A stretch of 64,000 nt of DNA from Candidatus Lustribacter sp. Lineage in GTDB: Bacteria; Vulcanimicrobiota; Vulcanimicrobiia; Vulcanimicrobiales; Vulcanimicrobiaceae. Under the pieces are notes generated by a model. It was not told the DNA's origin and made no database searches. It saw only the letters and a program-made list of their open reading frames with translations. Positions within the stretch are counted from its first letter, which is position 1, and every line of letters begins with the position of its first letter. Positions 55,400 to 64,000 of this stretch are shown here, in pieces. Position numbers and translations under genes: made by a program. The DNA lies in assembly GCA_965277805.1 (NCBI GenBank), contig OZ255842.1, positions 4,960,001 through 5,024,000 of the forward strand, read 5' to 3'.

Positions 55400-56010
55400 G
55401 CTCGCGCGGTCCACCGTTCGGCGGCGCGCAGGATGCCGTCGGCGATGAGGGCGAGGACGACGGCGGCGAGGCTACCGGCGACGATTTTGTCGGGATCGTC
55501 TTGGTGCAGGCCTTCGAAGACCAGCGCGCCGAGGCCGCCGGCGTCGATCCATGCAGCCACCGTCGCGATCCCGATCAGCGAGACCGTCGCGATGCGGATG
55601 CCGCCGACGATCGCCGGCAGCGCGAGCGGGATCTCGACGCGCATGAGCCGGCCGAAGGGCGTGAAGCCGAGACCGTCGGCGGCGTCGAGCGCGGCCGGCG
55701 AAACGCCGCGCAAGCCTTCGGCCACATTGCGCACCAAGATCATCTGCGCGTAGGCGACCAGCGCGACGATCGCGGTCGGCGTGCCGAGGCCGAAGATCGC
55801 CACCAAGATCCCGAGCAGCGCGAGGCTCGGAATCGTGTAGATCACGTTGAGGATGCCGAGCGTGATCGCGCCGGCGCGCGGACGGCGCGCGGCCAGCACG
55901 CCGAGCGGAAACGCGATCGCGAGCGCAATCGCGAGCGAGACGAACGTCAACAGCAGATGTTCGCCGAACCGCGCGGCAACGATGTCGGGATGGCGGAAGA
56001 TGTAGCTCAT
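55396..56010 (-). CDS. Betaine/osmoprotectant-type ABC permease
   Basis: YTIPSLAL, DAADGLG..P..RL..VEIPLALP, GGLG. Confidence 0.92.
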   Translation of the reverse strand: MSYIFRHPDIVAARFGEHLLLTFVSLAIALAIAFPLGVLAARRPRAGAITLGILNVIYTIPSLALLGILVAIFGLGTPTAIVALVAYAQMILVRNVAEGLRGVSPAALDAADGLGFTPFGRLMRVEIPLALPAIVGGIRIATVSLIGIATVAAWIDAGGLGALVFEGLHQDDPDKIVAGSLAAVVLALIADGILRAAERWTARA

Positions 56011-56828
56011 CGCGGTTCGTGATCGAGCAGCGGTCGCGCGACCGCGAACTCGCGGCTCTCCGCATCGATGCCGACCAGCGAGCGCACCGTGTCGTTTGCC
56101 GGCGCCGCAAGCACACGCGCGGGCGTGTCAGCCTGGGCGATGTCGCCCCCGGCGATCACCACCACGCGGTCGGCCAGACGCAACGCTTCATCGACGTCGT
56201 GCGTGACGAAGACGATCGTCGTGCCGAGGTCGCGGTGAATGCGCCGGATCTCGTCTTGCAGCGACGCGCGCACGATCGCGTCGACGGCCCCGAACGGCTC
56301 GTCCATCAGCAGCACGTGCGGCTCCGCGGCCAGCGCGCGTGCCACGCCGGCGCGCTGCTGCTCGCCGCCTGAGAGTTGGCGCGGATAGCGGTCGCGATAC
56401 GTGGCGGGCTCGAGGCGCACGAGCGCGAGCAACTCATCGACGCGCCGCGCGATGCGCGCGCGATCCCAGCCCAACAGCTCGGGCACGACGCCGACGTTGG
56501 TGCCGATCGTCAAGTGCGGGAACAGGCCCACCGCCTGAATCACGTAGCCGATGCCGCGGCGCAGCGTCACCGCGTCGAGCGTGCGCACGTCGACGCCGTC
56601 GATCAGCACGGTTCCGCTCGTCGGTTCGATCAAGCGATTGATCGTGCGCAAGAGCGTGCTCTTCCCCGAACCCGAGGGTCCGAGGAATACCGCGAACTCG
56701 CCCGCCGCGATGTCGAGGTCGACGTCGCGCACCGCAATCGAACCGCCGGGGTACGTGACGCCGACGCCGCGCAGTTCGATCCGCGCGCCTCCCGTAGGGG
56801 AGAGGCTGCTAGAGGCTGACGAGGCCAT
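56007..56828 (-). CDS. Betaine/osmoprotectant-type ABC ATPase, no CBS domains
   Basis: GPSGSGKST, INRLIEPTSG, LSGGEQQR, LMDEPFGA, FVTHD. Confidence 0.93.
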   Translation of the reverse strand: MASSASSSLSPTGGARIELRGVGVTYPGGSIAVRDVDLDIAAGEFAVFLGPSGSGKSTLLRTINRLIEPTSGTVLIDGVDVRTLDAVTLRRGIGYVIQAVGLFPHLTIGTNVGVVPELLGWDRARIARRVDELLALVRLEPATYRDRYPRQLSGGEQQRAGVARALAAEPHVLLMDEPFGAVDAIVRASLQDEIRRIHRDLGTTIVFVTHDVDEALRLADRVVVIAGGDIAQADTPARVLAAPANDTVRSLVGIDAESREFAVARPLLDHEPR

Positions 56829-57699
56829 GCGCCTTGATGAAATCGCGCGCGACGTCGGCCGGCTCGCGCTTCTGCGTTCCGTCGATCTCGTTGTTGAGCG
56901 TGCGCATCACGGTGTCGGTCAGCAGCGGCGCGACGCGGTTGAGGATGCCGGCGAGTTCCGGCCGCGCCTTGAGCGCGTCCAAGCGAATGACCGGCGCGAC
57001 TTGATAGGGCGGAAAGAGATGCCGGTCGTCGATCATGACGACGAGGTTGTCGGCGACGATCGCGCCGTCGGTGCCGAACGCCACGACGATGTCGACGTCG
57101 CCGTCGAGCAGCGCCTTATACTTCAGCCCGAAATCGACCAGGCTGATCTTCTGGAAGTTGAAGCCGCCGTACGCGCGCTGCAGGCCGGGCAGTCCGTCGC
57201 TGCGCTTGACGAACTCGGGCACCGCGCCGAGGCGCAGTTGCGGCGCCTTCTTCGCAACGTCGCTGAGCGTGCGCAAACCGTAGCGCGCGGCGAGCGCGCG
57301 CGTGGTCGCCAGCGCTTGCGTGTTGTTCATCGGCGCCGGATCGAGCCACGTGGCGCCGTACAGCCGTTCGTACTCGCTCTTGACGTAGTCGAACGTCTGC
57401 ACGGCGTCGCCTTGCGGTTGCGCTTTGAGGACGACCAGCAGGGCCGTTCCGGTGTACTCCGGATAGAGATCGATCTCACCGCGCCTCAGCGCGGCCATCG
57501 CGATGTCGGTGCCGCCGAGATCGAGCCGGCGGCGCACGGCGTGATTGTTGTCCTCGATGAGTTGCGCGTAGAGTTCGCCGAGCAACAGCGCTTCGGTGAA
57601 GTTTTTCGAGCCGATGGCGACGGCATCGTGGTGCATCCCGCACGCGGGCAATGCGAGGCCGGCGGCGAGCAGTCCGAGCGCGTGGGCGCGGGTCGACAC
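56809..57699 (-). CDS. Betaine/osmoprotectant-type ABC substrate-binding lipoprotein (OsmF/OpuBC-like)
   Basis: Lipobox LPAC; IGSKNFTE, IDLYPEYTGT, MNNTQA, DGLPGL, FPPY. Confidence 0.92.
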   Translation of the reverse strand: MSTRAHALGLLAAGLALPACGMHHDAVAIGSKNFTEALLLGELYAQLIEDNNHAVRRRLDLGGTDIAMAALRRGEIDLYPEYTGTALLVVLKAQPQGDAVQTFDYVKSEYERLYGATWLDPAPMNNTQALATTRALAARYGLRTLSDVAKKAPQLRLGAVPEFVKRSDGLPGLQRAYGGFNFQKISLVDFGLKYKALLDGDVDIVVAFGTDGAIVADNLVVMIDDRHLFPPYQVAPVIRLDALKARPELAGILNRVAPLLTDTVMRTLNNEIDGTQKREPADVARDFIKAHGLVSL

Positions 57700-58305
57700 T
57701 TAGGCGAGTCCTTTCGGGCGGATACGGCGATCGATGCGGCCGAGGACGGCATCGACGATGAGGGCCAGGAGCGCGACCGAACACGCTCCGAGGAAGAGTT
57801 CGCCCACGTCGTCGGTGGCCAAACCGTCGACGATGAAATCGCCCAGACCGCCGCCGCCGATGAACGAGGCGAGGGTGGCGCTCGCGATGACCTCGATCGA
57901 CGCCGTCCGGAAGCCGGCGAACACCAGCGGCACCGCGAGCGGCCACTCGACCCGGTTGCGGACCTGGCGGCCGGTCATGCCCATGCCGAGCGCGGCGTCG
58001 ATGGCGGCCGGCGGGGCCGACCGCAGGCCGAGCTCGGTATTGATGATGATCGGCGGCAGGCCGAGCGCGATCAGCGCCAGGAGCGCCGGCCGGAAACCCA
58101 GCCCGAGATAGGGCAACGTTAAGGTAAGCACGGCTATACTCGGGACGACGCGGAGCGCGCCGGCCCCGAAGAGGGTCAGGGCGCGAGCGATCGGCCGGCC
58201 GGCGGAAAAGCCCGCCAGCGGAACGCCGATCACGACCGCCGCGATCAGAGCCGAAAGCGAGAGGCCGACGTGCGTACCGAGGTGAGCGAAGAAGGTGGGG
58301 ATCAT
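57700..58305 (-). CDS. Betaine/osmoprotectant-type ABC permease
   Basis: RVVPSIAVL, DAALGMGM, VEWPLAVP, IGGGGLG. Confidence 0.92.
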   Translation of the reverse strand: MIPTFFAHLGTHVGLSLSALIAAVVIGVPLAGFSAGRPIARALTLFGAGALRVVPSIAVLTLTLPYLGLGFRPALLALIALGLPPIIINTELGLRSAPPAAIDAALGMGMTGRQVRNRVEWPLAVPLVFAGFRTASIEVIASATLASFIGGGGLGDFIVDGLATDDVGELFLGACSVALLALIVDAVLGRIDRRIRPKGLA

Positions 58306-58323
58306 CCGCCGAACTCAGGCACG

Positions 58324-60429
58324 ATGATCACCGATTCGGAGGCCGCCGAGCAGGTCCGCCCCGAAGCGCCCGTCTCGCTCGACGACCCTGCGCTCTACAT
58401 CAACCGCGAACTCTCGTGGCTGGCCTTCAACGACCGGGTCCTCGAAGAGGCGCTCGATGCGCGCAACCCGCTGCTCGAGCGGCTCAAGTTCATTGCGATC
58501 TACGGGACCAACCTCGACGAGTTCTTCATGATCCGGGTCGCGGGTCTGAAGCAGCTGATCGAGGCGGAGGTCCACACCCGGTCGGAAGACGGCCTGATGC
58601 CCGAAGAGCAGCTCGAAGCGGTCGCGGCCCGGCTGCGCCCCTCGCTGCGGGTGATGACGAGCTGCCTCGATGAGGATCTGCTGCCGGCGCTGGCCGGGCA
58701 CGGCATCAAGATCGTCGACTACGAACAGCTCGAAACTCCGACGCGCCTCGCGATGGAACAGTACTTCAACGAGCGCGTGTTCCCGGTGCTCACGCCGCTG
58801 GCGATCGATGCCGGCCATCCGTTCCCCTACATCTCGACCTTGTCGCTCTCGCTCGCGGTCGAGCTGCGCGAGCGGCGAACGGGCGGCGACGTCGACTACG
58901 TTGCCCGCGTGAAGGTGCCGCCGAGTCTGCCGCGCTTCGTGCCGATCGACGCGCCGGCCGGTCACCGCTGGTTCGTGCTGGTCGAAGATCTGATCGCGCA
59001 CAACCTGCAGTCGCTCTTCCCCGGCATGACGATCGTCGGCTCGTACGCGTTCCGCGTGACGCGCGATGCCGACCTCGATCTGCAAGAAGATGAAGCCGAC
59101 GATCTGCTGCGCGCGATCGAATCGGAATTGCGCAAACGCCGCTTCGGCGAGCCGGTGCGCCTGGAGTGCGAGAGCGGCATGCCCGAGGGGTTGCGTGCGA
59201 TGCTGCGCGACGCGCTCTCGCTGACCGACTTCGACGTTTACGACATCGACGGCATGATGGCCACCTCGGCGCTGTGGACGCTGGTCGGCATCGACGAACC
59301 GGCGCTGCACGATCCGCCCTTCACGCCGTCGATTCCGCGGCGCCTGCGCGGTGCGACCGATCTCTTCGCGGTGATCCGTGAAGGCGATCTGATGCTGCAC
59401 CATCCCTATCAGTCGTTCGATCCGGTGGTGCAGTTCGTGCGCCAAGCGGCCTCCGATCCCGACGTGCTCGCGATCAAACAAACGCTCTACCGCACGTCGG
59501 GTAATTCACCTGTGGTCGGCGCGCTGATCGACGCCGCCGAAGCGGGCAAACAAGTCGCGACGCTGATCGAACTGAAAGCGCGCTTCGACGAAGAGAACAA
59601 CATCCTGTGGGCTCGTAATCTGGAGCGCGTGGGCGCGCACGTCGTGTACGGCTTGGCCGGACTCAAGACGCACGCCAAGGTCACGCTGGTCGTGCGCAAC
59701 GAGCCCGAAGGCATTCGGCGCTACATGCACTTCGGCACCGGCAACTACAACGACAAGACGGCGAAGCTCTACACCGACTTGAGCCTCTTCACGTGCCGCG
59801 CGGATCTCGGCGCCGACGTCACGCAGCTGTTCAATTCGCTAACGGGCTTTTCGAAAGCCGAGACCTACGAGCGGCTGCTGGTCGCGCCGACCGGTTTGCG
59901 CACCGGCTTCATGAACTTGATCGAGCGCGAAACCGAACACGCGCGCGCCGGGCGGCCCTGCGGCATCACCGCGAAGCTCAACGCCGTCAACGATCAGCGG
60001 ATCGCCGCCGCCCTCTACCGGGCTTCGCAAGCCGGCGTGCCGATCGAATTGGTCGTGCGCGGCATGTGCGTTCTGCGGCCGGGGATTCCCGGTGTGAGCG
60101 AGACGATTCACGTCAGCAGTATCGTTAGCAGCTTCCTCGAGCACTCGCGCATCTTCGTGTTCAACAATGCCGGCGAACGCGAGGTCTACATCGGCAGCGC
60201 CGACTGGATGGGGCGCAATCTCGACCGGCGCGTCGAAACGGTGGTGCCGGTGCTCGATCCGGTGCTGCAAGAAATCATCTGCGATGACATCATCGACGTC
60301 TACGTGCGGGACAACGTGAAGGCGCGCGTGCTGCACGCCGACGGCACCTACGAACTGCGCACACCGCGCGGCGGCGAGCCCCGCATCGACGCCCAGCAGA
60401 TCTTCCTGAGCCGCTACCGCGCGGTCTGA
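58324..60429 (+). CDS. ppk1: Polyphosphate kinase 1
   Basis: YINRELSWLAFN.RVL, NLDEFFMIRVAGL, HHPYQSF, LKTHAK, GTGNYN, FLEHSRI, SADWMGRNLDRRVE. Confidence 0.97.
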   Translation: MITDSEAAEQVRPEAPVSLDDPALYINRELSWLAFNDRVLEEALDARNPLLERLKFIAIYGTNLDEFFMIRVAGLKQLIEAEVHTRSEDGLMPEEQLEAVAARLRPSLRVMTSCLDEDLLPALAGHGIKIVDYEQLETPTRLAMEQYFNERVFPVLTPLAIDAGHPFPYISTLSLSLAVELRERRTGGDVDYVARVKVPPSLPRFVPIDAPAGHRWFVLVEDLIAHNLQSLFPGMTIVGSYAFRVTRDADLDLQEDEADDLLRAIESELRKRRFGEPVRLECESGMPEGLRAMLRDALSLTDFDVYDIDGMMATSALWTLVGIDEPALHDPPFTPSIPRRLRGATDLFAVIREGDLMLHHPYQSFDPVVQFVRQAASDPDVLAIKQTLYRTSGNSPVVGALIDAAEAGKQVATLIELKARFDEENNILWARNLERVGAHVVYGLAGLKTHAKVTLVVRNEPEGIRRYMHFGTGNYNDKTAKLYTDLSLFTCRADLGADVTQLFNSLTGFSKAETYERLLVAPTGLRTGFMNLIERETEHARAGRPCGITAKLNAVNDQRIAAALYRASQAGVPIELVVRGMCVLRPGIPGVSETIHVSSIVSSFLEHSRIFVFNNAGEREVYIGSADWMGRNLDRRVETVVPVLDPVLQEIICDDIIDVYVRDNVKARVLHADGTYELRTPRGGEPRIDAQQIFLSRYRAV

Positions 60430-60863
60430 AGGATCGCGTTCCAGTACCGCTCTTCGACCGGCTGGACGCTGAGGCGGCCGCGGCTGAGCAGGGTCATGCC
60501 CTCGAGTTCGGGGCGCTTCCGCAGGTCCTCGAGGGTGATGATGGCGGGGAATTTCTCGACGAAGCCCACGTCGACCATCTTCCATTTCGGACGCTCCGGG
60601 TTGGACGTCGGATCGTAGTAGTCGCTCGTGGGATCGAACTGGGTGAAGTCGGGGTAGGCCTCGCGCAGGACCTTGCAGAGGCCCACGATGCCGGCCGGCT
60701 TGGTACTCGAGTGGTAGAAAAAGCCCAGATCGCCGGTCTTCATGGCGACCATGTTGTTGCGGGCTTGGAAATTTCGCACGCCCGACCACTCGGTCTTGCC
60801 CTCACGCTCGAGGCGGTCGATGCCGTAGGCATCCGGTTCACTCTTGAAGAGCCAGTACTGCAT
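60414..60863 (-). CDS. EVE-domain protein
   Basis: YWLFKSEP, WSGVRNFQARN, FFYHS, RLSVQPV. Confidence 0.93.
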   Translation of the reverse strand: MQYWLFKSEPDAYGIDRLEREGKTEWSGVRNFQARNNMVAMKTGDLGFFYHSSTKPAGIVGLCKVLREAYPDFTQFDPTSDYYDPTSNPERPKWKMVDVGFVEKFPAIITLEDLRKRPELEGMTLLSRGRLSVQPVEERYWNAILQTAR

Positions 60864-61098
60864 ACGCGTCCCTTCGGCGCTTCACGCTATCGCTGCCCGC
60901 TAACATTAACGATGCCTTAACTTCCTCAAATGGCCACCGTCCGAGGCAAAATGTATTAACAAAGTTTGAGGATCTGCGGCAGGCACGGTCAGACTTTTTT
61001 AATAAGTTTGAGTCCTGGCTCCCTCGTCTTTTCGAGGTGTCCTGGACGCCTCTTAAGCGTCCAAGGCTTTGCCATATTTTCCACTTAGGAGCATCTAC

Positions 61099-64000
61099 GT
61101 GCGCACATTTATCCGTGCTGCGCTCGCCTCGATGATCGCAGTGGCCTTTTTCGTCGGACCCGTTAGCGCGGCGACGACTTCGGCCATCACGGTTGCCCAG
61201 GCGAACTCAACGGGGACGGTTTCCGGTCAAGTGCTCGGCGATAACGGCAATGCCGTTAGCGGCGCGAACGTCTTGTTCGACGGACCCCAGCGGCAAACGA
61301 CAACCACCGACGACTCCGGAAATTTCACCGTTTCGGTGGCCCCGGGTCTCTACACCGTTACCGTCACGAAGGGCGGCTTTCAAACCGGCTCTTCGCAGGT
61401 AACGGTCGCCCCCGGCACCACGACCAACGTGAACGTCGCGTTGACCGCGGCGAACTTGAGCAACCTCAACGTCATCGGCCGGACCTCGGCAACCGGCGGC
61501 GGCAACGCAGCGCGGTTCAACATTTCTTCATCACAGCAACAGGTGGTCACTCAGCAGCAAATCATCGAGCGCAACACGCCCGATCTGACATCCGTGCTGC
61601 AAGAGCTGCCCGGCGTCACGATCCCGCGCGCGACGTCGAACCCCAACCAAAGCTTCATCATTCATGGCCTGCGCTATGAAACGAAGACGGAAATCGACGG
61701 CCATCCGGTTTCATCCGGCACCGCGGGTACGTTCTTGACGAACTACACGGCAGCTCCGATCTTCGGCGGCGTCGACGTTTTGAGCGGCATGGGTCTCAAC
61801 GGTCCGACGGCGGCTGAAGCCGGCGCCGGCATCGTCAACCTGCGCACGCCGAACTTCACGGCGAAGGATTCCGGCTTCTTGCAGGGCGGCCTAGACAACT
61901 ACGGCGGCTCGATCTATACCGCGCTCGCCGATATCAACATCGGCAACAAGGTCTCGGTCATTCTCGGGCGGTCGTTCAGCGGCTACCGCGGGCCCACGTA
62001 TGCAACGCAACAAGCCGACTACACCGGGGCGACGCCCGCTTACGGCACGTACGGACCGGCGAGCCTCGCCAACGGCATCGTGCAGTACATCGGCGACTTC
62101 AGCAACACGTACATGCTGAATTCGGAGCTCGCGAAGGCGCGCTTCTCGTTCTCGGACGCAACCTCGTTGACGCTCGAATTCCTGGGCCTGCAAGGCGGAT
62201 TCAACCCGCAGGGCGGAGCTTACGGCCAGTACATCGGCATGCTCACCGTGCCGACGTGTATCAATAGCAACAGGGCCGCGAACGGCGCGGGCTGCAGCAA
62301 CCTTTCGCAATATAACAGCCCGGGAGCTCAAAGCCTCATCGGCAGCACGATTCCCGTCTACGGATTCTATCCGGGTTCGTTCGTCGCGCAGAATCAGCCG
62401 AACTTCAACGCCGACTTCAAGACGACGATCGGCAACGACACGCTGCTGTTCCGTCCCTACACGGCGGCGATCAACCGCCTCATCGACGGCACGCAAGAAA
62501 GCAACATCCCCGGAGACGCCGGCGGCGGCTGGTATCAGGTGACCAACACCGCAAACTGCCAAGCGACCTTCGTGAAGCCGGCGGGCAACTCGTTCGCCTC
62601 CGGCCCGTGTTTCGCAGCGAATGCGACGCCGATTGCGGCGTACGTCGGCACCGCCAACACGACTCCGGTGACGTTCGCAACGACCACCACGGCGCCGGTT
62701 TGCACGGTTACGACGCCGTGCTACACCACGGCCACCGGCCTCAACAACTCGGGTCAAACCGGTTTCGGTTCGCCGTACACGACCCTCGAGATCGACAAGC
62801 TGGCCGGTTACACGTTCAGCTACATCCATCCGGTTGGAGCGAATACGTATAACCTCAGTTTCGACCACTACTACGATGATACGACCGATTACATCAACGA
62901 CGACTCGCCGCTTACGGCGGGATGTACGTTCGTGCTCGGCAGCGGGATCGCGAACACGCCCGGCGCACCGGGATATCAAGCGTCGTGTCCGCTCTCCACG
63001 CTGCGGCCTTCACCGATCAGCGTGCCGGAGACGTTCACGTCGGTCAGCTCCTTGGCGGCAACCGGCCAGTTCCAGTTGACGTCGAAGCTTGAATTCGACG
63101 CCGGTCTGTATTTCACGCACTATCTGATCAACGCGCAGCAACTCAATCCGGCCGTCTACGCGGCTTACCTCGCAACCATCACGCCCGCGACCAGCGCGTA
63201 TGCCGGCGGCGTGCCGATCGTCCTCAGCGGCATCCAAAATTCCGCTTCGCACTTCGATCCGCGCGTCGGTCTCGTGTTCCGCCCCGATCGCGACTGGAGT
63301 ATCCGCTTCTCGGCCGGCTCGGCCTTGTCGATCCCGTACGCGCAGCTCGTCTCGGGCTTCGCGACCTATCAGCAAGGCTCGACGAGCATCACCCAGCAAA
63401 CGCCCAACCCGAACCTGCTTCCGGAAGAAATCGTGACGATGGACCTCGGTTCGAGTCTGCGGTTGCCCGACGGCACGATCTTGGACGGCGATATCTATAA
63501 CACGGTCGTCCACAACCCGTGGATCAACCCGCACGTCCAGGTTTGCAATAGCCAACCCTCGTGCGCGGTCGCGTTCCCGGGGCTCGAGCAGACCTCGCTC
63601 GGGTACACCTCGCTCTTTGTCAACGGCGCGCAACAGTACGCGCAAGGCATCGACTTCTCCATCACCAACGAGCCGAAAGTCGGCTTTGGTTACCGGGTAA
63701 ACTCCTCATTCGAGCGTCTGTACTATCTCGGTACCAACCCGGCGTACCTCGCAACGCCGCAGCCGTACTTCAACGGCAATCAGTTCCAGAGCACGGGTTC
63801 GACGAGCACGTCGGTTCCCTACGCGAAAGCCTATGCCGAAATCCAGTACGCCGGTCCGGATCAGTCACTGTTCCGCATCGGCACCGACTTCGAAGGCAAG
63901 AACAACGAGTACAACGCTCCGCCGTTCTTTATCTTTGACGCCGGTTTCCAGGTCAACACCGGCTTCCACGGCGTCCTGTTCGGGGCGTCCGCGGAGAACT
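61099..64000 (+). CDS. TonB-dependent receptor with N-terminal carboxypeptidase-regulatory-like domain (3' end outside window; absent from ORF track)
   Basis: AGGAG SD then GTG 61099; signal peptide; GTVSGQV...APGLYTVTVTKGGF; plug-like VLQELPGV, GAGIVNLRT; barrel-like FDPRVGLVFRP and NPNLLPEE; no stop seen in frame 1 to the window end. Confidence 0.9.
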   Translation, partial: MRTFIRAALASMIAVAFFVGPVSAATTSAITVAQANSTGTVSGQVLGDNGNAVSGANVLFDGPQRQTTTTDDSGNFTVSVAPGLYTVTVTKGGFQTGSSQVTVAPGTTTNVNVALTAANLSNLNVIGRTSATGGGNAARFNISSSQQQVVTQQQIIERNTPDLTSVLQELPGVTIPRATSNPNQSFIIHGLRYETKTEIDGHPVSSGTAGTFLTNYTAAPIFGGVDVLSGMGLNGPTAAEAGAGIVNLRTPNFTAKDSGFLQGGLDNYGGSIYTALADINIGNKVSVILGRSFSGYRGPTYATQQADYTGATPAYGTYGPASLANGIVQYIGDFSNTYMLNSELAKARFSFSDATSLTLEFLGLQGGFNPQGGAYGQYIGMLTVPTCINSNRAANGAGCSNLSQYNSPGAQSLIGSTIPVYGFYPGSFVAQNQPNFNADFKTTIGNDTLLFRPYTAAINRLIDGTQESNIPGDAGGGWYQVTNTANCQATFVKPAGNSFASGPCFAANATPIAAYVGTANTTPVTFATTTTAPVCTVTTPCYTTATGLNNSGQTGFGSPYTTLEIDKLAGYTFSYIHPVGANTYNLSFDHYYDDTTDYINDDSPLTAGCTFVLGSGIANTPGAPGYQASCPLSTLRPSPISVPETFTSVSSLAATGQFQLTSKLEFDAGLYFTHYLINAQQLNPAVYAAYLATITPATSAYAGGVPIVLSGIQNSASHFDPRVGLVFRPDRDWSIRFSAGSALSIPYAQLVSGFATYQQGSTSITQQTPNPNLLPEEIVTMDLGSSLRLPDGTILDGDIYNTVVHNPWINPHVQVCNSQPSCAVAFPGLEQTSLGYTSLFVNGAQQYAQGIDFSITNEPKVGFGYRVNSSFERLYYLGTNPAYLATPQPYFNGNQFQSTGSTSTSVPYAKAYAEIQYAGPDQSLFRIGTDFEGKNNEYNAPPFFIFDAGFQVNTGFHGVLFGASAEN

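Noticed and set aside
60414-60863. EVE protein as part of a modification-dependent restriction system
   Set aside because: Stand-alone EVE with no fused or adjacent nuclease
60864-61098. Cobalamin/TPP riboswitch or Fur box ahead of the TonB-dependent receptor
   Set aside because: No B12 box, TPP core or GATAATGATAATCATTATC-like match recognised; an Infernal scan would settle it
1-64000. Many long alternative-frame or antisense ORFs (e.g. 25845-27719, 21689-23407, 53075-54670, 61891-62979)
   Set aside because: Arg/Ala-rich shadow ORFs expected at high GC; each overlaps a gene with clear family motifs

Overview
Very gene-dense, high-GC (roughly 65-70% by eye) chromosomal segment of a diderm bacterium. 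A TonB-dependent receptor is present; together with the gene mix this tentatively suggests Vulcanimicrobiota/Eremiobacterota, which is inference only. About 68 CDS; I recognised no rRNA, tRNA, CRISPR array, prophage or transposase. Contents, in order: a SigK/RskA-type ECF pair; a Na+/H+ antiporter; a degenerate class III cyclase; a divergent amino-sugar locus (Na+/solute symporter fused to a FecR-like domain, GH20 hexosaminidase, permease fused to a PDZ-like domain); a YtrA-type GntR/ABC operon with a clear promoter and operator and an unannotated 48-aa leader ORF; an oxidoreductase-kinase-nanE operon; an A2-type caa3 cytochrome c oxidase with assembly genes (CusF-SCO, ctaA, ctaB); metX/metY; prfC; a BesD/HalD-family Fe/2OG enzyme with the hydroxylase-type HxD motif; a lipid hydroxylase/MGDG-synthase operon; egtD facing a GGCT plus betaine-type ABC importer; ppk1; an EVE protein; and a Cys-rich TonB-dependent receptor running off the right end. 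Non-coding structure includes a dispersed REP/MITE-like palindromic repeat family (5 sites, two absorbed into CDS 3' ends) and a recurrent CGAA motif 8-12 nt before start codons of operon-leading genes. Best candidates for undescribed biology: the two transporter-sensor-domain fusions flanking GH20, the BesD-like hydroxylase paired with an ammonia-lyase, the egtD/GGCT/ABC cluster, and the CGAA initiation motif. All functional calls come from motif recognition by eye; no database searches were run.
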